DNA from: a virus
Taxonomy: Duplodnaviria; Caudoviricetes
Direction: 5' to 3' (one strand)
DNA length: 33,194 bases
IMG/VR virus record: IMGVR_UViG_3300044647_001071
Location: 1 to 33,194 of that record
The notes under the pieces were generated by a model that was not told where the DNA came from, ran no database searches, and worked only from the letters and a program-made list of their open reading frames with translations. The translations under genes were made by a program, and so were the position numbers. Shown one piece after another: positions 25,865-33,194 of the stretch (the first letter of the stretch is position 1; the number at the start of each line of letters is the position of its first letter).

Positions 25865-26416
25865 TCAATAATACGACCCATCATCTATAACATCTTTCTT
25901 TTTTCGTAGAGCAGCGATACCTTGACCACGCCATTCTACGTCAACAAGATCGTAGTATTTTAGAGTCATCTGATAATCAGGTCTGTTGAAGTCATGGATA
26001 AAAACAATTACATTTTCGTCTATAACTTCCCATATTGATTTTGCACAATACTTTCTTGCCCTACCATCAATCAGAATCTTTGTAAACTTCAATCCCTTTT
26101 CTTTTGGGTAATTGATGTAGTCCTTGAATTGTTCGTATCGGCAAGGAATTGGATTTGGTGAGTGAGCTGCTATATGATGTAGTTCAATATTCTTAACATT
26201 ATAAGCATCTATTACCTTACCCAACGAATTTATCCAATCAATATCGTGTTCGATTGAGATTACCTTTGAAACGATACCCGACCAGTATAGAGTTGAGTTA
26301 CCACTTCCCCATTCAAGAAGTGTATCATCGGGAGTTAGAAACTTCTCGATGAACTTATACTCCCACTCATTCATAAGTGGTCGGTATGACTCGAATTTGT
26401 TATCGGTTGTTATCAT
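25865..26416 (-). CDS. Class I SAM-dependent methyltransferase (glycan O-methyltransferase-like)
   Basis: LLEWGSGNST, VISIEHD, ILIDGRAR and FIHDF; SD AAAGGAGGTG upstream of ATG 26416. Confidence 0.85.
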   Translation of the reverse strand: MITTDNKFESYRPLMNEWEYKFIEKFLTPDDTLLEWGSGNSTLYWSGIVSKVISIEHDIDWINSLGKVIDAYNVKNIELHHIAAHSPNPIPCRYEQFKDYINYPKEKGLKFTKILIDGRARKYCAKSIWEVIDENVIVFIHDFNRPDYQMTLKYYDLVDVEWRGQGIAALRKKKDVIDDGSYY

Positions 26417-27998
26417 AGATGTCAAACACCTCCTTTACAACTTCATCAACTTCTGGAATGTAATCGTATAATGTCTTTCCTTCTGGAATTAGATCAATTG
26501 TATCTGTGTGGAATTCCGTGTGACGAATTTCTAGATCATCGAGAAGAAGGCCTTGACGAAGTGCCTTTGTCTTGTAGTATTGAGTTCCATTACGGAAAGG
26601 AAGAATATGATCTTCGTGTTTACACGTTGGAATCGTTACGATCCAATTATCGAACGCACCGGCAATATGAAGTGGTGAAGAATCGTTGGTAAGAAGACAC
26701 CGAGAAAGAGAAATAAGAGACATCAATTCACCCAATGTTGTTAGGTCACGAAGGTCAATTCCGTCTTTTGGACATTGGATTGGAAGATACCCTTGTTTCT
26801 CATCAATTGTTTTACCGATAAGAACTACCGTTAGTTTTTCTGATAACTTGTCTATGATCTTTTGCCACCAATCTTGTGGAAGAGTTTTTGATGGCCACCA
26901 TTTTCCTGCATGAACTACTACTGTTGGTTTATCTTTCTTCTTGGATTCCAACATATTCAGCACTGACATTGTGTCATCTGCTTCTAGTTTTAGCTTAATT
27001 GTTTTTTCGTTATTTGGTATTGTTCTTTTTATCATTGACATGGAGGCAAAATCTGTTGGGTGAAATAGAACATGAGACAATTTATGATCAGATTGTTCAT
27101 CGTCTGGGCACGTGTACATTGTAAGTATAGCATCATTTATGCCGTTCCACTCATCATAGTTCATTACAGGGCAAGAAAGATGTTCAAAAAGACGTGGGAA
27201 ATGTGAAACAACAAAAATATTTGCATCTGAATATAGTTTTTGTGTGTATCGGATTGCCGGTTCAGAGCATAATTGATCTCCCATACCAGCCGTGACTGAA
27301 ATGAGAATATTTCGATTGTATTCATAATTGGGGGAATCCAATTTCCATTGCTCTATATCTTTTTTCATCACATCCATTTGAATTTCTTTTGGGGCACCTG
27401 CATAGTGTACAAAATATGAGTCAAGTCTAGAAATTCCACAAAACCTATCAAGTATATCCATTCGATTAAATTTATAATCCAAGTCAAACATTTCAATCTT
27501 GTCATTCAAAATACGAAGATTGATATAAGGTTGATCCGTTTCTACAAAGTCAATACCTTTTGGTAACTTAAAAATATTTTTGTGAATACGAGAAATCACC
27601 ATCACGCCAGAATTATAGAATTTACCATCCCATTTTTTAAGTGGTTCGTTATAGTATTCAGATGCCTGTTCAAGAAATTCAAAACGAGTGGAATATTTAC
27701 CTTCATTAAACATACCTAATTTATTTTCAGGAACTATTTCAAAAAGATTTGGAGTATCCTCACGAACAAGAATATCAATATCCAAGTAAAGAATCCTTTT
27801 ATATTTGTTTAGGAGTTCATGAATATGAAACTTATTCCATTTCTGTGTAATATAGTGCGGGTTGAACTCATTGATGTTCAAATAGTCTGCACCAATTTTT
27901 TTAGCATATGCCTGAATTGAAGGTGTTGTAAGTTTTGATACTTCATTATAGTAATCCCCGATTGAAATCGTTAGGACGAGTGTGTCTTTTGTTTTCAT
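26400..27998 (-). CDS. Fused glycosyltransferase: GT-A (GT8-like) + GT-B (GT9/heptosyltransferase-like)
   Basis: RILYLDIDIL (DxD), YNSGVMVI, DQPYIN and FVHYAG; then GMGDQLC, DLRDLTTLGEL and LLTNDSSPLHIAGAF. Confidence 0.88.
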   Translation of the reverse strand: MKTKDTLVLTISIGDYYNEVSKLTTPSIQAYAKKIGADYLNINEFNPHYITQKWNKFHIHELLNKYKRILYLDIDILVREDTPNLFEIVPENKLGMFNEGKYSTRFEFLEQASEYYNEPLKKWDGKFYNSGVMVISRIHKNIFKLPKGIDFVETDQPYINLRILNDKIEMFDLDYKFNRMDILDRFCGISRLDSYFVHYAGAPKEIQMDVMKKDIEQWKLDSPNYEYNRNILISVTAGMGDQLCSEPAIRYTQKLYSDANIFVVSHFPRLFEHLSCPVMNYDEWNGINDAILTMYTCPDDEQSDHKLSHVLFHPTDFASMSMIKRTIPNNEKTIKLKLEADDTMSVLNMLESKKKDKPTVVVHAGKWWPSKTLPQDWWQKIIDKLSEKLTVVLIGKTIDEKQGYLPIQCPKDGIDLRDLTTLGELMSLISLSRCLLTNDSSPLHIAGAFDNWIVTIPTCKHEDHILPFRNGTQYYKTKALRQGLLLDDLEIRHTEFHTDTIDLIPEGKTLYDYIPEVDEVVKEVFDIYDNNR

Positions 27999-28061
27999 AA
28001 CCTATTTTTTATTAGTGATACAATACATTAATATACAAAAATTATTTTAATATATCATTAC

Positions 28062-30338
28062 TTAAATATTACAAACACGAATTGGTGTGCTGGAAAATTG
28101 AACTGATGAATTTCCTAATCCAAGAAGATTACTAGCACCTATTGCAGAAACTGCAACATTTAGTCCCCACCCCCAAATTATTCCATTTTTATCTATTGCA
28201 AAACCACTGTATCCATTTGCCATAACTTGACAAAAAGTTTTTGTTGCACCAACCACAGATACTGGAGTGCTTCTTGAAGTTGCTGTACCGTTCGCTAATT
28301 GACCATACTGATTCTGGCCCCACGACCAAAGACGGCCGGCTTTATCAATGGCAACTGTAAAGTTTAGTCCTGCTGCTATTTTACAAAAAGTTTTATTTGC
28401 ACCTAAAAGACCAACCGGAGTTATTGCTCTAATGGTTGAACCATTACCAAGTTGTCCAAATGAGTTAATTCCCCAACCCCATACTTTTCCATTTTTGTCT
28501 ATTGCCATAGTGTGAGCCAGTTTTGTAGATATTTCGCAGAATGTTTTTGAACCATAAACAGCAACTGGTGTTCTTCGCGATGTAGTGGTTCCGTCTCCCA
28601 AATAAGCATTACTGGAATTATTTCCCCATGACCATGCTTTTCCATTTTTATCTATTGCAATTGTAAATCCTTGTGCACCAGCTTCTATTTTACAAAAAGT
28701 TTTTGCTGCACCGGCTACTGCTACTGGTGTAGATCTAGCAGTTATTGTATTATCTCCCAATCTTCCATTTGTATTACTTCCCCACCCCCATGCCTTTCCG
28801 TTTTTATCAATTCCCATAGTGTGGTTGCCAGATGTTGCTATTTTACAAAAAGTTTTTGTAGTTCCAGCAACAGAAACTGGAGTACATTTACCGGTTGCCG
28901 TGTTATTTCCAAGTTGACCACTACTATTAGCACCCCAACCCCATACTTTTCCATTTTTGTCTATACCGACTGTATTTGATCCATTTGAACTTATAAAACA
29001 GAAGGTCTTAGCAGCGCCTGCAATACAAACGGGTGTTGCTTTACAAGTAGATGAATTATCTCCATATTCACCTGTTGAAGAATTATAACCCCAAGACCAA
29101 ACTTGTCCATTTTTATCAATACCAGCTGCGTGTTGACCCAGTATAGTTGAATTATATCCCATCTGAATACTACAAAATGTTCTTATCGTTCCTCCAATTG
29201 ATATTGGACTTGTTATGGATGTAATGTATGGTACACCAAGTCCTCCATATCCGTTCCACCCCCAAGACCAAACTTTTCCAGAACTATCTATTGCAAATGC
29301 ATAATCGCGGCCGCCCGCAATTTCACAAACTACTTTATTAGCGAGTGCACCACCAACAGCAACTGGTGTTAGTGCCGATGCGCACGATATATTTCCATTT
29401 CCCAATAGATATGTTGATGCAATATTCTGTCCCCATGACCATAGTTTGCCATTTTTATCTATTCCATATGAGTTGAATAATCCAGTAAATATTTTACAAA
29501 ATGTTTTATTTGTTCCACCAACAGCAACGGGTGTTGATTTACATATTACACTATTGTCACCCACTTGTCCGTGTGCATTATATCCCCAACCCCAAAGTTT
29601 ACCATTTTTGTCTATTGCGAGTGCTTGGTTTTTTACTTTTATGACACAAAATGTTTTTGTAGCACCACCGAGAGCAACCGGAGTAAGTTTAGAGATTGTA
29701 GTGTTATCACCAACTGTCCCATATGAGTTATTTCCCCATGCCCATACTTTACCGTCTTTGTCTATTGTAAGTCTAGTACTGTATCCGGCTATGTGGCAAA
29801 AAGTTCTTGTCAGTGCAGCACCAACAACAGATACTGGAGTAGATTTTAAAATTGTTGTTCCATCGCCAATCTGTCCACTACTGTTTTCACCCCAAGCCCA
29901 AAGTTTACCATTTTTATCTATTCCAGTACTAGAATTACCACCACTATCTATTTTACAAAAAGTTTTTGCAGTTCCAGCAACAGAAACTGGGGTGCATTTT
30001 GAAGTTATACTGTTATCCCCAAGTTGACCACTACTATTAGCACCCCAACCCCATACTTTTCCATTTTTGTCTATGGCAAGATGATTTTGATCGCCAGTTG
30101 CTAACATACAAAAAGTTTTTGTTAAACCGGCGATAAGTGTAGGAGTACACTTACAAACTGTTGTGGAAAGATTTTGACCCAATTGTCCCCTGGTATTTTC
30201 TCCCCAAGTCCATATGCGACCAGTTCCACTCAAAAATGCTGCCGTAATTTCTCCTTCTCCAACTTGACCAATTACAACAGGAGGAACAGGACTATATGTT
30301 CTTTTTATCTGTACTGTTACATTTTTTATAAATGGCAT
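28062..30338 (-). CDS. RCC1/BLIP-II-like repeat protein, 14 repeats (two 7-bladed propellers)
   Basis: Counted 14 copies of G(K/R/Q/I)xWxWGxN..G.LG....TPV, each about 52 aa. Confidence 0.92.
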   Translation of the reverse strand: MPFIKNVTVQIKRTYSPVPPVVIGQVGEGEITAAFLSGTGRIWTWGENTRGQLGQNLSTTVCKCTPTLIAGLTKTFCMLATGDQNHLAIDKNGKVWGWGANSSGQLGDNSITSKCTPVSVAGTAKTFCKIDSGGNSSTGIDKNGKLWAWGENSSGQIGDGTTILKSTPVSVVGAALTRTFCHIAGYSTRLTIDKDGKVWAWGNNSYGTVGDNTTISKLTPVALGGATKTFCVIKVKNQALAIDKNGKLWGWGYNAHGQVGDNSVICKSTPVAVGGTNKTFCKIFTGLFNSYGIDKNGKLWSWGQNIASTYLLGNGNISCASALTPVAVGGALANKVVCEIAGGRDYAFAIDSSGKVWSWGWNGYGGLGVPYITSITSPISIGGTIRTFCSIQMGYNSTILGQHAAGIDKNGQVWSWGYNSSTGEYGDNSSTCKATPVCIAGAAKTFCFISSNGSNTVGIDKNGKVWGWGANSSGQLGNNTATGKCTPVSVAGTTKTFCKIATSGNHTMGIDKNGKAWGWGSNTNGRLGDNTITARSTPVAVAGAAKTFCKIEAGAQGFTIAIDKNGKAWSWGNNSSNAYLGDGTTTSRRTPVAVYGSKTFCEISTKLAHTMAIDKNGKVWGWGINSFGQLGNGSTIRAITPVGLLGANKTFCKIAAGLNFTVAIDKAGRLWSWGQNQYGQLANGTATSRSTPVSVVGATKTFCQVMANGYSGFAIDKNGIIWGWGLNVAVSAIGASNLLGLGNSSVQFSSTPIRVCNI

Positions 30339-30350
30339 ATCACTCTACCT

Positions 30351-30716
30351 TTACAAATTTTGACCACCAACAAATCCATGCCAGTTTGCACCCCCGTCGA
30401 GTGTAACAAATGAAAATATATCTTTTTTAGCATTGGTAGATGTCAAGACTGGTGAGGCGCCTGATGGCCATAAAATAGAACCACCCCATGTAACCGAGCG
30501 AGCAGTTCCGTCGGCGGTAAATATAAGAGTAAATGCAGATGAACCAACGTTTTGAACATTTGAAATTGTAAGTGATGTTATATCCGCATTTAGACTAACA
30601 TAAAAAACACCGGCGGTGCTCAAATCCAATGTAAGTGTTCCAGAACTTATACTGGCGCTTGCACTTACTTCTGAAAGAGTTTGTACTCCAGCAAGACTTC
30701 TTGACCAATTTGACAT
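30351..30716 (-). CDS. Small beta-rich tail-fibre-associated domain protein (121 aa)
   Basis: LTLDLS...SVTWGGSILWPSGASPVLT...DIFSFVTLDGGANW; SD AAGGAG. Confidence 0.75.
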   Translation of the reverse strand: MSNWSRSLAGVQTLSEVSASASISSGTLTLDLSTAGVFYVSLNADITSLTISNVQNVGSSAFTLIFTADGTARSVTWGGSILWPSGASPVLTSTNAKKDIFSFVTLDGGANWHGFVGGQNL

Positions 30717-30740
30717 ACTACATTACTCCTTTATTTATAA

Positions 30741-33194
30741 TTATCCACTAACTTGGACAATATGTGTTACGGCGTTCCAGTAAATTGTTTTTGCAGCTTC
30801 ACCGGTTACTCGTAGAAGTAATCTACCACCAAGAGCAACTGCTGTTGTATTCCAAGCAACTGTATCTTCTATTGCAGTTACTTGAACAGCACCTACAAGA
30901 GCAACGGCACCCGCATTATTATCAATAGCACCTTGTAACCAATAGGCCGCACTTTCATTGTCTGCATCAGTTCTTCTTGCCACAATATACGAAGTAAACA
31001 TCCAAGTTGTATCATTTGGAACAGCCAATCCAGCAACATTATTCCAAACATTAAATTGAAGTGTTGTTTGGGTTCCGTCTGTTGTACTACCCGATGCATA
31101 AACTCGATATTCTGGATAAGCACCTGTAAAGTCACCGAGTTGTGGTGTAGCGGCCGTAAGTCCACCATTGAATGAACCAATAACACCTGGAGCAAACATA
31201 TGAGAACGAACAGAAGTTCCTGTATCTTTCAGCACTATTTCAGTTTGTCCCCATTCACTTCCATTTGTATGTGTTGTCCATACATAATCAAGGAAACCGA
31301 CGGTTGTATTTTCTGTTGTACTTGTTTCTGATTCAAATTCAATACCAACACCGAGACTTTGTGTTGCAGTTCCGGTGGTGTTATTTATGATATTTAGATT
31401 TCGTACCGAGGCATTTGTAGTTGCAGTGCTTGATGAAACTGTAAGGATATTACCGGCAAATGTTAAATTTGCAGATGCAGTTGCCGCATTATTTGTACCG
31501 TCACTTATTATTAAACGACTACCACTTGCACTATTTATTGTGTTGAATCCTGTCCCTGATGTTCCTGATGAACCAGCTCCACCTGTTTGACCTGAACTTC
31601 CTGATGAGCCAGTTGAACCGGATGTTCCTGATGAACCAGCTCCACCTGTTTGACCTGAACTTCCTGATGAGCCAGTTGAACCTGATGTTCCTGATGAACC
31701 AGCTCCACCTGTTTGACCTGAACTTCCTGATGAGCCAGTTGAACCAGATGAACCTGTTGAACCCGAACTTCCAGTTGAACCAGATGAACCGGCTGTACCA
31801 GATGAACCTGCCCCACCTGTTTGACCTGAACTTCCTGATGAACCGGTTGAGCCACTTGTTCCCGATGAACCTGTTGAGCCAGATGAACCAGTTGAACCAG
31901 ATGTTCCCGATGAACCGGTTGAGCCAGATGAACCGGTTGATCCAGATGTTCCCGATGAACCGGTTGAGCCAGATGAACCAGTTGAACCCGATGTTCCAGA
32001 AGAACCAGATGTTCCTCTTGTACCAGAGGATCCTGATGAACCCGATGAACCAGTTGATCCAGATGTTCCCGATGAACCGGTTGAGCCAGACGAACCAGTT
32101 GAACCAGATGTTCCTGATGAACCGGTTGAGCCAGACGAACCAGTTGAACCAGATGTTCCTGATGAACCAGCAGCTCCAGATGAACCTGAAGTCCCTGAAG
32201 AGCCTGATTGTCCTGATGTTCCTGATGAACCAGAAGCACCAGCAGCTCCAGATGAACCTGATGTCCCTGAAGAGCCCGATTGTCCTGATGTTCCCGATGA
32301 ACCTGTTGAGCCGGACGTTCCCGATGAACCCGTTGAACCCGATGAACCTGATGTTCCTGATGTTCCTGAAGTTCCTGAAGAACCAGTTGAACCAGATGTC
32401 CCCGATGAACCAACTGACGCAAGCCAAGTAGAACCATTTGAACGATAGATGTTATTATCAACGGTATTATAATAGATTCCTCCAAGAATAGCATCTGGAT
32501 TTGATGATGCTCTTGGAATTTGTAATGAACCTGTTATTGATAATGAACCTGTGAACTTATGAGTATCATCTATACTATCACCAAATTTAGTTGAACCACT
32601 TTCAAAAATAATTGAAGCAGATACAAACTCTGTATAAAATTCTTGAGCCGTAAGTTTACCAGTTACAACCGTATCACCCGTTACCGTGAAAGTATTTGAA
32701 CTATATGTTAGATTTACTGAAGCAGTTGCAGCGTTTATCGTTCCATCTGAAAGTAATACTCTACCAGATGCCGGTGAATTTATTGTGTTGAAACCTGTTC
32801 CTGATGAACCCGATGACCCCGATGTTCCCGAAGAACCAGTTGAACCTGAAGAACCTGTTGAACCTGATGTTCCCGAGCTTCCTGTTGAGCCAGATGAACC
32901 TGATGTCCCTGATGAACCAGTTGAACCTGAAGAGCCAGTTGAGCCAGATGTTCCACTTGAACCAGTTGAGCCAGAAGAACCAGTTGAACCAGAAGAACCC
33001 GTTGAGCCAGATGTCCCTGATGTTCCTGAACTTCCTGTTGAACCTGATGAACCTGTTGAACCTGATGTTCCACTTGAACCAGTTGAACCTGATGAACCAG
33101 TTGAACCAGATGTTCCACTTGAACCAGTTGAACCAGAAGAACCGGTTGAACCAGATGTTCCTGAAGAACCTGTTGAGCCAGATGAACCTGTTGA
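30741..33194 (-). CDS. Long fibre protein with Gly-X-Y (Ser/Thr-rich) collagen-like tracts; 5' end outside the window
   Basis: The annotated 164-aa ORF is only the C-terminus. The same frame reads (GSSGTSGST)n, GTGFNTINS and LTAQEF...SGSTKFGDSIDDTHKFTGS at the points checked, out to position 33194 (over 810 aa). Confidence 0.9.
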   Translation of the reverse strand, partial: STGSSGSTGSSGTSGSTGSSGSTGSSGTSGSTGSSGSTGSSGTSGSTGSSGSTGSSGTSGTSGSTGSSGSTGSSGSTGSSGTSGSTGSSGSTGSSGTSGSSGSTGSSGTSGSTGSSGSTGSSGTSGSSGSSGTGFNTINSPASGRVLLSDGTINAATASVNLTYSSNTFTVTGDTVVTGKLTAQEFYTEFVSASIIFESGSTKFGDSIDDTHKFTGSLSITGSLQIPRASSNPDAILGGIYYNTVDNNIYRSNGSTWLASVGSSGTSGSTGSSGTSGTSGTSGSSGSTGSSGTSGSTGSSGTSGQSGSSGTSGSSGAAGASGSSGTSGQSGSSGTSGSSGAAGSSGTSGSTGSSGSTGSSGTSGSTGSSGSTGSSGTSGSTGSSGSSGSSGTRGTSGSSGTSGSTGSSGSTGSSGTSGSTGSSGSTGSSGTSGSTGSSGSTGSSGTSGSTGSSGSSGQTGGAGSSGTAGSSGSTGSSGSTGSSGSTGSSGSSGQTGGAGSSGTSGSTGSSGSSGQTGGAGSSGTSGSTGSSGSSGQTGGAGSSGTSGTGFNTINSASGSRLIISDGTNNAATASANLTFAGNILTVSSSTATTNASVRNLNIINNTTGTATQSLGVGIEFESETSTTENTTVGFLDYVWTTHTNGSEWGQTEIVLKDTGTSVRSHMFAPGVIGSFNGGLTAATPQLGDFTGAYPEYRVYASGSTTDGTQTTLQFNVWNNVAGLAVPNDTTWMFTSYIVARRTDADNESAAYWLQGAIDNNAGAVALVGAVQVTAIEDTVAWNTTAVALGGRLLLRVTGEAAKTIYWNAVTHIVQVSG
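31549..32412. repeat. 9-nt-periodic Gly-X-Y coding repeat tract including three 63-nt tandem copies (31561-31749)
   Basis: Units such as GATGAACC, GTTGAACC and GATGTTCC; the 63-nt copies start at 31561, 31624 and 31687 and differ at one synonymous site. Confidence 0.95.
32793..33194. repeat. Second Gly-X-Y Ser/Thr repeat tract (truncated by the window)
   Basis: Same 9-nt periodic units as the first tract. Confidence 0.95.

Noticed and set aside
28021-28050. Canonical Bacteroidota sigma70 promoter upstream of the glycosyltransferase
   Set aside because: The minus strand reads TTTTGTATATTAA, which is not an exact TAnnTTTG match, so it is too weak to annotate.
28838-30074. Possible DGR template/variable repeat pair
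   Set aside because: Mismatches are not adenine-specific, both copies are in-frame blades of one gene, and no reverse transcriptase is in the window.
2706-31590. All plus-strand ORFs, including 193 aa at 29446-30027
   Set aside because: All lie wholly or mostly antisense to well-supported genes, with no recognisable motifs.
31531-33118. ORFs of 298, 319, 290 and 112 aa with odd repetitive translations
   Set aside because: They are shadow frames of the 9-nt-periodic Gly-X-Y tract; the real frame is the fibre ORF that runs to the window edge.
31549-33194. Possible CRISPR array
   Set aside because: The repeats are contiguous and in-frame with synonymous variation; there are no unique spacers or cas genes.
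1-33194. Stop-codon reassignment, tRNA/rRNA genes, introns or inteins
   Set aside because: Genes tile tightly under code 11 with TAA, TGA and TAG stops. Intergenic gaps are short with no cloverleaf seen. TerL, portal and MCP are uninterrupted and of normal size.

Overview
This 33-kb AT-rich window is the virion-morphogenesis region of a large T4-like (myovirus) phage. Essentially every real gene is on the minus strand and uses the standard genetic code. In transcription order (right to left) it encodes: a Gly-Ser/Thr collagen-like fibre protein (open at the right edge); a small fibre-type domain; a 14-repeat RCC1/BLIP-II protein; a GT8+GT9-like glycosyltransferase and a methyltransferase; a tail-fibre chaperone; a three-domain nucleotidyltransferase/LETM1-like/ligase-like protein; small basic and membrane proteins; large terminase, portal and prohead protease; ribosomal protein bS21; an ADP-ribosyltransferase; scaffold and major capsid protein; a membrane-active orphan; a TM-GAF protein; PhoH; neck and tail-terminator proteins; and the tail sheath (open at the left edge). 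The layout matches the large bS21-encoding phages usually linked to Bacteroidota hosts, but the host is inferred. Leading hypotheses: (1) a translation-takeover module made of a bS21 lacking the anti-SD-sequestering Tyr, strong SD sites on late genes and an adjacent ART; (2) capsid-targeted cargo polyproteins cut at L/I-x-E sites; (3) a virion-fibre glycosylation cassette; (4) a candidate late promoter (A)TATTTAT, the reverse complement of the T4 late promoter. All family assignments come from motifs recognised by eye; no database search was run.
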